64,000 bases of DNA from the human T2T-CHM13v2.0 reference genome, Homo sapiens, in assembly GCF_009914755.1 (NCBI RefSeq), contig NC_060925.1, one strand, 5' to 3'. The translations under genes and the position numbers were made by a program. Positions 1-12,214 of the stretch are shown in pieces. The notes beneath the pieces were generated by a model. The model was not told the origin of the DNA. It saw only the letters and a program-made list of their open reading frames with translations, and made no database searches. How positions within the stretch are numbered: the first letter of the stretch is position 1; each line of letters opens with the position of its first letter.

Positions 1-1434
1 CCAAAGCCCCATTCTCAACATCCATCCTCTAAGGTCAAAGGTAACGGGGAAGCTGCTGCTCAAAACACAGCCGAGACACCATCCAGTTTGGACCTGGGAG
101 GATTCCCACTGCAACTGTTGACTATAAGACTGAGTTTGATGTGAGGAGGAACTTCATGGCTAAGATTTGGAGACACTGGGTCCGAGTAAGATTGAAAGGC
201 CTTGGAATGGTGGGTAGGGGCCTTCCAGATCCCGCCCCTGCCTTGCTCTGCAGCCCCCTCTTCCAACACATCCCCACACCCCAGGGCTGAGCCTGCTCCC
301 TGAGCCTTGCTCCCTCCCAGGCCTCTTCCTTTGCTTCATGCACCTGCTGCTTTGTTTGGGCTGCACTTCCTCCCTCTTGGCCTTTGTCATTGGGTGCCCA
401 GGTTTTTCTCTGTCCCCGCCTCCTCCGATGGTCCTGCACAATGCTTCCTTGGTGTCCCTTATGCCTTCCAGACCTCCCTGGCCAGGCCAGTGCCCTTCCA
501 GGTCACCTCTTCTGGCATCCCACATTGCCCCCACAGAGCACTTCCAGCTGTCCTTTTGTACCCATTTCTGGGATTTGATGGTCTCTCCTATCAGACTGTC
601 AGCTCCATGAGGACAAGGACTGTGTCTGTTTCTCCTTATTGTATATCCCCAGCGTTCAGTGTACTGCCTGGCAAATAGTTCATGTTCAAAATATTTTTTG
701 AATGAGTTGTCTGAGTTATCTACTTGCTTGTGGGCTTCCTTACTAGACTATCAGGAAACAGCATCTGGCAGGTAGTAGTTGATGTGTTCAAATTGGGATT
801 TTTAGTAAAGATACAGCTTACAAAGGCAGCGTCGGACTGCAGGAGTTATTATAACCCTCAGGCCTGAGCAGACCAGGAGAGGGAAGGGCTGCCTAGAAGG
901 AGCTGCGGCCTGGAGAGAGCAGAGGAACGAATACCCCAACCTCATCAGCCACTCATTCTTTGACTTCTCTATGTGCCTCCCATTGACTGAGCCCACAGGG
1001 CAGCTAGAGGTCAAGGGGGTTCAAGGATGCAGTTCCCACTGGCTGCCTCTTGGGGCGTTTCAGGGGCAAGGTCGTCTATCCAGTACTGTGTGTTAAATAG
1101 GTATACAAAGGAAGGAATCGCCTTCCCAAAAGATGTGATAGTGTTGCAGTTCTCGGGAAACTGTCAAAGGAGAAGATAGAACGGGATGTTTCTGGTCTTG
1201 TTGGGAAATGACCCTGCCTGGAGTCCATGGGATTCCTCTTCCTTTCAGCCTTTTTTCTTTGGCTAATACCCAGCCCTGTATTAAGGATTTGGAATTTGCA
1301 GGCGATACCATTGCATTGTCAGGTAGAGATTCTTTGAGCAAAGACTTTAGAGAGGAGACACTGTGGGTGTGCCCAGTGCACAGTGTTGGGGGTCAGCATG
1401 TTTGAGTGAACATCCTGGCTCCCGGAGAGGCAGC

Positions 1435-1620
1435 AAGGCATAGTGTGGTAAGGGACATGGGACCTGGAGTTAGCCTATCCAAGTTCAAATCCTGGATCTG
1501 GATCTACCACTTCACAGCTGTGTGGCTTGACTTTCCCATCTGTGAAATGGGGATAAGGGTAGATGAGGATAAGACGAGCTAGTCCACGCAAAGCACTTAG
1601 ACCCATGCCTGGCTCATGGT
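1435..1620 (+). mobile_element. MIR SINE (degenerate)
   Basis: Core-like ggagttag..ccaagttcaaatcctggatct..ccacttcacagctgtg..catctgtgaaatggggataa..aaagcacttag. Confidence 0.7.
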
Positions 1621-1702
1621 TCGGGGACCACACTTCCTGGTGAGCTCAGGATGGCCCCAAAGTATGCCTGTCATCCCAGAAGAATTATTACTAATGTCCC
1701 CT

Positions 1703-1910
1703 TTATTCTCAAAAGGGTTCTGGTTTGGAGATGACTCACGTGGTCTTACACACTGTAGGGTGTTGTTATGTCTTGCTGAATATTTGGACAAGCCACTTCA
1801 CTGCTTAGAATCTTAGCTCTAAAATGGAGATAATAATAATAATAATAATAATATCTGCTCTTCTGGGTTGATTTGGGATGATAGGATGAAACAGAATGGC
1901 CAGCACAGGG
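1703..1910 (+). repeat. Local duplication, segment A copy 1 (includes (AAT)n)
   Basis: Near-identical to 2390-2609 (tctcaaaagggttctggtttggagatgactca ... cagaatggccagcacaggg). Confidence 0.95.
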
Positions 1911-2389
1911 TTGCTGTCCATGATGATCATGCTCTTTGTGTTTCTCTAAGTCCAGGCAAGCCATACAGACATAGATGGATTCCCACCCCCTTACCACCCA
2001 CTTTCTGCTTTTATAAAAATCTCTCAAGTAAAAGTGCCTTAAGACACATGATGCCAAGGTATGACCCACAGTGCTGTTGCCTTGGTGGTTATCTGGCCTG
2101 CCCTAGCTGTGCTATTTATTATCAGTTGGGTAGTTTTAGTAACAGTTTCCCAGGGAAATCTTGAACCAGGTCAGGCCTGTTTGCAGTAAAGAAAGGGTGG
2201 TGTCTTAACCCAGATCCCTGCAGGCCTATGGGAGCTGTTGATTGTTTGAGGACTATTTGTTGCATAATCTCCTTTCTTTTAGCAGCTTCTTATTTGAGCA
2301 GGAAAAGGGGTTTCAGGACTCCCTAGAGCTTCTACTTTATTTGTTATTAATATTATTTACTGGGCTGCCTTTTTGTCTTCTAAATTGAA

Positions 2390-2609
2390 TTACTCTCAAA
2401 AGGGTTCTGGTTTGGAGATGACTCATGTGGTCTTACACACTGTAGGATGTTGTCATGTCATGCTGAATATTTGGACAAGCCACTTCACTGCTTGGAGTCT
2501 TAGGTATAAAATGGAGATAATAATAATAATAATAATAATAATAATATCAATATCTGCTCTTTTGGATTGATTTGGGATGATAGGATGAAACAGAATGGCC
2601 AGCACAGGG
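2390..2609 (+). repeat. Local duplication, segment A copy 2
   Basis: Direct copy of 1703-1910 with scattered substitutions and an altered AAT tract. Confidence 0.95.
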
Positions 2610-2612
2610 CTG

Positions 2613-2737
2613 GACAATTGGCCTGGGAGGCTCAGAGCTTCGCAATTCTTCTAGGCACTATCTTATCTCTCCTCTCACCCCTTACATGGAGGTGAATTTT
2701 GGCTTTATTGACTCAGGGAGGAGTTGTGGTTACTTCT
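2613..2737 (+). repeat. Local duplication, segment B copy 1
   Basis: gacaattggcctgggagg...ttgactcagggaggagtt..tacttct matches 3288-3415. Confidence 0.95.
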
Positions 2738-3139
2738 TGGGCCCTGTGCTGGTTCCTTTTAAAGAGGAGAGAGAACAAACAGCAGCAAGCTGGGGCAGGG
2801 TCTTCTGGGAACTGTTATAAACCCCCTGATCGCTTTCAGAACACCTTATAAAGTCAACCTGTGTGTACAGAGACGCATGACATTGAAAGGTCCCCCTGGC
2901 CAGATCACCAGGAAAGCTCCTCATGTTGCAAGGCCACTGGCCAGCCGGAGCTCAAATACCAGTAGTATCAGCTGGACCACAATTGTGCTGTGTGACCTTG
3001 GGATGTCCCTATCCCTCTCTGGATCTCCACTTAGTCGCCTTTAAAATGAGGAAACTGAACCAGAGTTCTCTATGATTTTCCTCCTAGTTATATGATTCTT
3101 TATTTCCTAAGATATAGGGAGATACATTTTTAGCTCATC

Positions 3140-3245
3140 ATAAAAGATATTCGAACAGCCAAAGCTGCCTGATGATCAACAGAATGGGCTGCCCTGGAGT
3201 ATTGAGAAACCTGTGGTTAGAGGTATTCAAGTAGAAGCAACAGAA
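3140..3245 (+). mobile_element. CR1/L3 (or MIR3) 3' fragment
   Basis: agaatgggctgccctgg...gaggtattcaagtagaagc resembles the L3 3' end. Confidence 0.5.
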
Positions 3246-3287
3246 CAGGCTGTGGTGGGAACTACAGAACGGCCCCCGAATTCAATA

Positions 3288-3415
3288 GACAATTGGCCTG
3301 GGAGGATCAGAGCTTCCGCAGTTCTTCCAGGCACTATCTTATCTCTCCTCTCACCCCTTACATGTTGGAGGTGAATTTTGGCTTTATTGACTCAGGGAGG
3401 AGTTAGGCTACTTCT
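3288..3415 (+). repeat. Local duplication, segment B copy 2
   Basis: Direct match to 2613-2737. Confidence 0.95.
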
Positions 3416-4192
3416 CAGGGCCTGGAATGGTCTAAAGTAACACCTCTCAGAATCTGGAGATACTTTTTGGCCCGTGGAGTACTTCATGCTGTAGAAGTCA
3501 ATCTTGGTTCTGCACTAAGCCTGACTACGGGAGAGAGGCTTTTGCAAAGATCATTATGAAGGACCTCAGGATGAACTGAGTGAGTTCCATGTCCAAGTTT
3601 TATCTTCACCTCAAAATTGAATGGTTGTTTGTCTGATTAAAGAATTCCTGATCCAAAATAACGTGTTCTCAGAAATTTCTCCCACCAGCCCTTTTCTTCT
3701 AGCATTTAGTGTTGCTAATGATAGTTCTGATCTCAATTTGATTCTCATTTCTATGTTGGTAACCCTTTCTTTCTTTCTTTTTTTTCTTCTCTGGAAGCTT
3801 TTAGAGTTTTCTTTTTAATTTGTTCTGAAAGTTCACTACTGTATTTCTAAATATGGGTCTATTTTCACGAGCGTGGTGGACTCTTTTAATCTGAAGATTC
3901 ATGTCTTTAGCTTGTTTTTTACATTCTAATCATTTTCTTCTAAAGCTCTTGTTAGAGTTGCACCATCCAATATGGTGGCCACCAGATTGGTACCAATCAT
4001 AATCTCAAAAGACAAAATTCCAAATGTCATTTTCCTGAATATTGAAATCCTGGAAGATCAAAATTTCTAAAGTTGAAATCCCTTAATTCTAAAATCACTA
4101 ATATTTAATTGAATCCCCAAACCATGGCAGGTTTGCCATTAGGTGTGGTCAAGTCTTCAAAAAGTGAATCTCAATGTATTATCAGTAAACTT

Positions 4193-4932
4193 TGTTTTTT
4201 TCCATTCGGCCCCATGCATTTGTTGGAAAATTCAAATGAATGAGTGGCTGAGCAATACACGAACAACAAAAACTGCAGTTTAAAAACGCACCACCCAGGA
4301 GGCGGAGGTCGCAGTGAGCCGAGATTGCGCCACTGCACTCCAGCCTGGGCAACAGAATGAGACTCTGTCTCAAAAACAGCAACAACAAAAATAAAACCAA
4401 CCAACCAACCAAACAAACAAACAAAAAAACCAACAACACAAAACCGCATCATGTGTCTGCATTGGCATTGCTTCCAGCTGATGACATTCTGGGAGCTTTT
4501 TTGTTGAATTAAAACCACACTTGCTTTCCTGAAGAAGTCAGCAAAATCACTGACTGGTTCAAAAATAATTTTGTGCATGACAGGATAAGATGTGATGGGG
4601 TTGCTGTTTTGATCACCAGGATTGTTTCTGCCAAATCTGTGGTCTGTGTATGAGTGCATGCAGAATGGATTTTTATATACTCAAAACAACATAGAAGCAT
4701 GGCAAAGAAGATGGGAAAATTTCATAGGGAATGCTTGTGTTCATGCATGTCAACTCATAGAAGAATTTCAAAAAAGCAGTGCCGTGCCATGTAGAAAATG
4801 AATGTGAACATATTCTCTGAGGACAGCCATGCCCTAAAAGAAAAGCAAGCATTCATCACCATGCAAGACTTCAGAAGTCGGCCAGCTCTTATGCACTACC
4901 TCCATGCAATTGCCCATAATTTATCCCTGTAA
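4193..4932 (+). pseudogene. Frameshifted MULE (Mutator) transposase C-terminal remnant
   Basis: Manual translation across frameshifts: CFFH..CICWKIQ; ALALLPADDILGAF; PEEVSKITDWFKNNFVH; LFLPNLWSVYECMQNGFLYTQNNIEAWQRRWENFIGNA (4622-4735); YLHAIAHNLSL* (stop 4930-4932). These fit the MULE CxFH and WS..RTNN.EGWH motifs. Confidence 0.8.
4293..4440 (+). mobile_element. 5'-truncated Alu (end of right arm plus A/C-rich tail) inserted in Ricksha
   Basis: cccaggaggcggaggtcgcagtgagccgagattgcgccactgcactccagcc; degenerate TSD aaaaacgcacca (4282-4293) / aaaaccgcatca (4440-4451). Confidence 0.92.
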
Positions 4933-7636
4933 TACATTCTTCCATATGTTGAGATTTCTTTTTAGTTTTCTTGAGGGGGTTGGACTTTTTTCTTTTTTTA
5001 CTTTCTTTCCCACTATTTTAAATTGTCAGCATTAGTTTTTACGAATTGCTATGCTGTGTTTTTCATCTTCACCCTCTTTCCAATGCTAGAAGTATAAATT
5101 GTGTAAAGACTTTTAGAGAGCTCCAATTCGTCTTAGGCTTTTTTTGTTGCAAATTTGACTCCTCGAAAGTAACATTTTCACTTTGACTGTGTATAAGGCA
5201 CTGTGTGTGTATGTAAAAATGTTGAAAGGTCCTCAGAAAATGAAGCTATGTCATTTTTGCATACCTGCACTTGTGAAAGGTAAAATTTCTTGACATATCA
5301 GCTCTTTGGGTGACTGTATATGGGTGGTGAATTGTGGTGGTTTTTGATTGATCTCATCAAAAGATTTAGGTTGTCTGTCGTGGTATTTCAGATGACCACA
5401 GTTATATAAGCTATTTCTTTATTAATATGGTCCGTCTGCTCATAACCGTTATACCCGTATGACTGTCATTAGTATACCTGAGTGTTAATGATTATAAAAA
5501 TACATGTTTTTATTGCCTATTTTACTGTGTAAAGTGGCCTCAAGTTTTTATATGAATAAATCTCCTTTTAAAATATAAATAAATGTCCTTTAAATAATTT
5601 TAAAATTATTATTTTTTTAAAGTATATTTTTGGGATTTTGGTCTTTTGGGATTGTGATTTTTGGGATTTTAGACTTTAGGGATTTTGGTCTTTCAGGAAT
5701 TCAACATTGGGGATGATGGCATTTGGGGTGGTGTCTTTTGGGATTATGGCCCAAACTCTTCACAAAGATGTTCTCCACCTCAGGAATCTGGGAAGGAGAG
5801 GACAACTGGACAAACCACAGGTGTGTGAGCCTTAAAGCCAGCTTGCTTTTCTTAAAAATTTTCTACCCTTTTGGGGCTCATTAAAAATTCTCTACTATTA
5901 GATCTTAATATAACTAACATTTTCTCTTAAAAGACAGTACATTCCTACTATGTGAACATGACCTTCCTAACTCCAACCTTTAGGGATAAATGAAAGAAGA
6001 GGCACTGAGGAAAGTCCTTGGGACTTCTTAGTACCCCTCCTCTGGGGTGGGCCATCTTCTCCAGAGGGTTACAGCCTGCGGCCCATGATTGTAGAGTCAC
6101 GCCAGTCATTCTAAGAAACGTCCTTCTATTGGACTCATCACTGGTGTCTGCTCATCATGAGCGCCCATCATCCCAGCACCTCGTAGGACCTGTAGTGAGG
6201 ATTCTGTAAAGGCTGCTGGATGAATGAGTGATGGGTGCATTAATTAATCCCAATTAGAACCGGAAACTCAGTTCCCATTTTTTATTAACTGAGATAATGT
6301 TGTTTTGTATTAATTTTCTCTAAATCATTATTACATTCCCTTGCTGGCATTCCCTCTTTGTCATTGTCACTAATGTGTACAGTCTTCAAGTTGAGTCTTC
6401 CTTACTTGGAATGTCAACCTGCAATAATTTTTAGGGATGTCTGTAGATGTTACTACATCATTTCTTTTCTTTTTTTTCTTTTTTTTTTTTTGATCATTTA
6501 TAAAAATGTCAGCTTGGCCAGTTCCAGCCCCAAGTCTCTCGGTGGGCTTACTGTTTACATTTTTGCATCCAGAGACATGTCCCTTTGTCTCTATCTTTAA
6601 TTCCTGCCTGTTCCTGACCAATGACAAAACTGTCCTCCAATTCCCTGCCAGCTCATGTTTCAAAAGGAACTTTTAGGAGAAATATTTCTTAGGAAGTATT
6701 CTGACATGCATACGATTATTCTTTTCTTTCTGGGCATCCCTCCAGGAATCTCGTGACTAAGTTTGTGTACTCCAAGCATGGCCCACCTAATGGTATGGTA
6801 ATTGCTTTGGCTCTCGCAGGAAGTCTGCACTCATAATGTGATTGTGCATATGCTTGGAGCATGATATGCACCCACTATTTTGTTGTTGGGAAAAAATTAT
6901 TACTTTCAGATTAAAAAACAAAAACCGTGGACTTGAAGGATGTATAGAGAAGATGTGGGAAGAGATTGAGGGAGCTGCTCACCTGTGTTTTGTTTTTTAG
7001 ATAGATGAGTAAATAAAGACCCAAGGAAGGGAGGAAAGTTTCCAAGGACATGAGAGTTGTTGGTTACTAAGTGAAGCTATGGCATCCCAGGTCAGGAGTC
7101 TAATTGTATGAATTGTATTAATTTTGTCTGTATGTTGGTGGGTAGCTGAGGGCATGATGAGGCTGGGGAGACCATTGTGAGTCTTCTTTATGAGATGATC
7201 TTGCATTTACTCTGAGCCTTGTAGGGAAGCTCCAGCAGTTGGGGTAGAAGAAGAAATCCTGCCTTGTGTTGGAGCCTTGTGACCTGCCAGGATCCCGGAG
7301 AAGGTTATGAATCAGGGAGTAAGAGACTCGGATCATTGCTACTTGGCCAATGACTAGCCTGACCTAGGAGTCAGGTGGCCTCCCCAGACTTCTGTCCCCT
7401 CACTCGTAATGTGTGGAAATGCAAAATAAAATGATATATGCAGACTCTAAGGCCAGTGCCCCTGGATATGGGCAGTGAGAGAGACAATCCAGATCCCTGC
7501 TCTTCTGGGACAGGGAGACAGGAAACAGCTAAGCAAGCTAAACTAAGATAATTTGACAGTAATGAGTGCCCTTCAGACAGTAAAAGGTTAATCAGACATG
7601 GAGTGACTTGGGGATGGGTTTGGGTTGGGTACCCCT

Positions 7637-8061
7637 GTGTTTTAGTCCATTTAGTGTTGCTATAAGGGAATATGTGAGGCTGGGTAATTTGCATAGAAAA
7701 AAATTATTTGACTCCCAAATTCTGATGGTTAGAAAGTTCAGGATTGGGCATCTGCATCTGGTGAGGGCCTCAGGCTGCTTCTACTCATGGCAGAAGGCAA
7801 AGGGAAGCCAGGTGTGCAGAGATCGCCGGGTGAGAGAGAAAGCAAGGTGGGGATGGGTGAGATGTGAGGCACTTTTTAAGAATAAACTCTCACTGGAACC
7901 AGTGAGTGAGACAGTGAGAACTCACGCTCTGGGGGATGGCGTTAATCTATTCATGAAAGATCCACTCCATGACCCAAACACCTCTCATTAGGCCCCATCT
8001 CAAATTTGGAGACCAAATTTCAGTATGAGACTTGGAAGGGACAAACATCCAAACCACAGCA
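7637..8061 (-). mobile_element. MaLR solo LTR (MST family)
   Basis: ttagtccatttagtgttgctataagggaata...ctggtgagggcctcagg...aaacatccaaaccacagca. Confidence 0.85.
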
Positions 8062-8224
8062 CTTTGTTTCTAATAGGACAGGGGTGGCTACTACCAGTAG
8101 AAGTATGATGATGACATCCAGGGAACAGGAAATGGAACAGGGACGTTCAGTGCTGGACATTCAAGGATGGGAATGTGATAGTAATTCAGGTTATTGAATA
8201 GGCATGTGCATGAATATTCACCTC

Positions 8225-8400
8225 ATTCGTTCATTCATATATTTATTAAGCATTTACCATGTGCTGGGCATTGCTCAGGCATTAGGTACACAACAGGGAA
8301 CACCAAAACCATGATGTGTGTGCACCCAGAGCTTATAGTGGAATGGGGAAGACAGAAGTTATTGTAATTATGCACACGTAGATATTCAATTGCTAATTTT
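8225..8400 (-). mobile_element. L2 3' fragment
   Basis: cattcgttcattcatatatttattaagcatttaccatgtgctgggcattg. Confidence 0.65.
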
Positions 8401-8456
8401 TAAAAAATTTAGCCTTATACTTTTCCTTAATTCCACTTCACTAAAAATTAAAAATT

Positions 8457-8758
<302 letters not shown>

Positions 8759-9299
8759 TTAAAAATTAACATATTGGGAGAGAAACTAATTTGAAGGGCA
8801 GATCAGGGAAGGCTTCTCTGGGGTCATATTTAAGCAGAGACTAGGGGGTTAGGTAGGAATCATCCAGCCTGGGAGAACTGGTGGTGACGAGGCCCTGTGG
8901 GCAGATAGATACATCTATGGGAGGCAGACCTGGAAGAGCCAAAGGGCATGGTAGATTTCAGAACAGAGAGGAGACCAATGTGGCTGGAGCCAAGGCGGGA
9001 GTGGAAGTGAATTGGAGGCAGAGATGAGAAATGCAGGAGCTAGGCTGCTCAGGTCCTTGGTAAGAATTATAGGCTCTACTAGATTGGTGAGGTCTGACCG
9101 CAGCTAAGAAAAGCCAGGTGTGAACATCCATCCCACCCATCCTGGTTAGCATCTGCCCTGTTGATCATGCCTGTGGTCTAGGCCCACCCACAGTCTTGCT
9201 TTCCATTTTCACTCCCACCATCATGAATCTCAACCCCTGATTCCACCATGTCCAGGTGATTGCAGGTGTCTCCCAAGTGATCCCTCTAGAAGCCCCTGG

Positions 9300-9529
9300 G
9301 AGGTGATCAGGAATTAGTGCCCTTACAGAAGAGACCCCAGAGAGCTAGCTAGCGCTTTCTACCAGGTGAGGATGTAGCCGAGAAACACTTCTGTGAGTCA
9401 GAAGATGGTCCTCACCAAAACCAAATCTGCCACCACCTTGATCTTAGACTTCCCAGCCTCCAGAGCTGTTGTTTATAAGCCACCCAGTGTACAGAATCTC
9501 TATTGCAGTAGCTCACAGGAACTCAGACA
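9300..9529 (+). mobile_element. MaLR LTR (MLT1A-like), 3' part
   Basis: gaattagtgcccttacagaagagaccccagagagc..ccttgatcttagacttcccagcctccagagctg..tttataagccacccagt..actcagaca. Confidence 0.8.
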
Positions 9530-9860
9530 AGGACCATACCCGACCTCACCTTGAGATGCTCTGGGATGGACTGTAAGTTGGCAGGGAGGAATTAGCAGCC
9601 AGGATCCACATCTAATTCTCTTTATCCTCAGTCCCCAGCACACTTAGAAATGCTTCAATAGAGTAAGGTCACATTGAATGTGAATGTCAGAATTGATTGG
9701 CAGTCCATCCCTCTGATCCTATTGGAACATGGCCCTGCCCTCTCGCACCCTCAGGGCCTTTGCACTTGTTCCCTTTGCATGGGATCATTTCCCCATCCTT
9801 CTCACCACATGAGCGCCTATGCATCCTTCAGTTCTCATTATAGATCACAGATGCTTCTTT
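9501..9860 (+). repeat. Local duplication, segment C copy 1
   Basis: Matches 11855-12214; both copies give near-identical ORF peptides NVNVRIDWQSIPLIL. Confidence 0.95.
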
Positions 9861-10339
9861 CAGGAAACCTCACCTGACCAGGTGAGATGTCCACATCATA
9901 CCCTCAATTTATTTACCTCCACCCTGGGAAATTACCAAATTAAGGCAGCCTTTCTCATTAGATTGTGAGCTCCTTGTGCACAGGGCCTGGGTCTGATTCA
10001 CTCTCTTTAGATTTGCTGCCCAACACCCTCCGTGGCTTATAAATAGCACCTAATAAATGGCCATTCATTGTCGAAGGACTATAATGCAGTGGGCACTGCA
10101 TTTGGAGCTGGGGAAGGAGGCAATGATGAATAGAAACAGATACAGACTATTCCTTCTATTTTCATGTGTATTTGAAGTTTTTCATAATAAAAAGTCCAAA
10201 AAACATGTAAACCCCACCCCCGCCTTCACAAAGGGTACAGTCTAATGGGGAAAAAGCCATTAATAAAATAATCACAGAATTTATCATTAAAAATCATGTT
10301 TAGCCATATGGAGGAAAAGCAATAATAAATAATTCACTT

Positions 10340-10540
10340 CTACAATTCTTGAGTATATGCCAAGCATTGTTTTAAAAGTTCTGTGTGCATTACTCATTTA
10401 GTCCTCACAAAATCCCTACAAGGACGGCACTATCATTATCCCATTTTGTAGAAGGGGAAACTGAGGCAGAGAGCTTCGCCCAACATCACACAGGCAGGCA
10501 GAACTGGGATTCTAACCCGGACAGCCCAACTTTAGAGCCG
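10340..10540 (-). mobile_element. MIR
   Basis: ctcatttagtcctcacaaaatccctac..attatcccattttgtagaaggggaaactgaggcagaga. Confidence 0.8.
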
Positions 10541-10734
10541 ATCGTTTGATTGTATCTATGGCTTTTATAAGGACATACCTTAAGTCATGTACGTTCTAGT
10601 AATGCCAGCACTAGTCCCAGAGTTGTCCTTGGAAGGTGCCGTTTTCCCACTTGCCGGGCCACAGAGATGAAGGTGAAATCAGAACCACAAACTCACACCT
10701 AACCAGGGCCATCTTGGAACGCTACGTGCAGCCA

Positions 10735-10753
10735 CAGTGACCTCTGGTGGTCA
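10735..10753 (-). promoter_or_regulatory. Candidate CTCF site
   Basis: Minus strand reads TGACCACCAGAGGTCACTG, close to the CTCF core TGGCCACCAG(G/A)GGGC(G/A)CT; lies in non-repetitive sequence. Confidence 0.55.
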
Positions 10754-11400
10754 AAGCATGAATGGCATGAATGCATCACATTGACGCCGGGAGACCAAAC
10801 CTCAGGATGATTTCCCAAATCGGCTTGTATTTGCTAAGGCCTCATTCGGGTCCTACTTGGGCTAGTGTCTCCCAGGACACGAGGAAGGATAAGTTTCCAA
10901 AGGCGGACTGTCAGGGCTTGGTCAGTGGCTGGGGGCTACTGGGAGTCTGTGCTCCTGTGTTCTGTCCAGGCCTTCGGAAAACCCTGGCCTCAGCTCCATC
11001 CAGCTCCCCTCTCCTGGGGCTTCAGGACCTGGGGCTTCAGGACAGGGGGCTGTGTGGCTCTGTCATCCAGGTTCAGTTGGTAACATCTTTTGCAGGCACT
11101 GTGTCCCTGGCTGAGAAGGGGACAGTTACTCATTCATTCATTTGATCAAATATTTATTGAGCATCTACTGTATGCCAGGCACATTCTAGGTGCTGAGAAG
11201 AAAGCAAAGAATAAAAGAGACAACGTTCCTGCATTCCTTCTCCCCTACATTAGGGGCTGAGCCCCTTTTTCCCACCTCCCTTTTCCCTCTCCTGCCCCCA
11301 CCCTCTTCTTCCAACTTATAATGTAGTGTAATGATTTCATTCCTGGGGTTCGCGTGTGTGTGGAGTCTCTGTGTGTTGAACAAAAGGAACTTGACTTCTA

Positions 11401-11450
11401 CTGCACTCAAAGAATAAACCATAAACTGCACTCAAAGAATAAACCATAAA
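11401..11450 (+). repeat. Perfect 25-bp tandem duplication
   Basis: ctgcactcaaagaataaaccataaa x2. Confidence 0.97.
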
Positions 11451-11854
11451 CCAGAACAGACAGACAGACACACGTATACACACACACATGCACATGTACA
11501 AATTCCTGACCTCATGATGTTTGCATTCTAGTGAGGAGAGACAGACCATAAACAGGTGATCATAAATGTCACAGAGAAAAGTAAAGCCACAGCAAGAGGG
11601 TCAGGAGTGGAGTGGTGGATGGGAGTCATTTTGTTTGGGCTGGGCTGGGATGCCTTGATGATATTTAATGAAGGCCCAAGGTGCCTTGTAGGGGTGCAAT
11701 TGGTTTGTTCCCTTTCTCTCTGTCTCTTTCTCCACTGCAATTATCCAGAAGTTAATACATACAGTGGTACAAGTAGATGTTTTCATGTTTGAGAGTCAAA
11801 GATTCTAGAGGCAGTCACTCAGGGTGACATTGAAGTAACAATTTTCTACTACTT

Positions 11855-12214
11855 TGTTATAGTAGCCCACAGGGACTCAGACAAGGACCATACCTGACCT
11901 CACCTTGAGATTCTCTGGGATGGACTGAAAGTTGGGAGGGAGGAATTAGCAGCCAGGATCCACGTCTAATTCTCTTTATCCTCTGTCCCCAGCACACTTG
12001 GAAATGCTTCAATACAGTAAGGTCATATTGAATGTGAATGTCAGAATTGATTGGCAGTCCATCCCTCTGATCCTATTTGAACGTGGCCCTGCCCTCTTGC
12101 ACCCTCAGGGCCTTTGCACCTGTTCCCTTTGCCTGGGATCATTTCCTCTATCCTTCTCACCGCGTGAGCTCCTATGCATCCTTCTCACCTCAGCATAGAT
12201 CCTAGGTGCTTCTT
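11855..12214 (+). repeat. Local duplication, segment C copy 2
   Basis: Direct copy of 9501-9860 beginning in the MLT1A LTR 3' tip. Confidence 0.95.

Larger units (their letters stand above)
3988..5758 (+). mobile_element. Ricksha-type MULE/MuDR DNA transposon (non-autonomous, internally deleted)
   Basis: Long internally repetitive TIRs: left atcataatctcaaaagacaaaattccaaatg..aatattgaaatcctggaagatcaaaat; right attttggtctttcaggaattcaacatt..gtcttttgggattatggcccaaactc. Contains a MULE transposase remnant. Confidence 0.85.

Noticed and set aside
60-678. Cluster of overlapping ORFs at the window start
   Set aside because: No recognisable protein or convincing exon structure; explained by C/T-skewed sequence.
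9674-12198. Two similar ORFs (NVNVRIDWQSIPLIL) suggesting a gene family
   Set aside because: The similarity is explained by the local DNA duplication; the frames diverge and there is no coding evidence.
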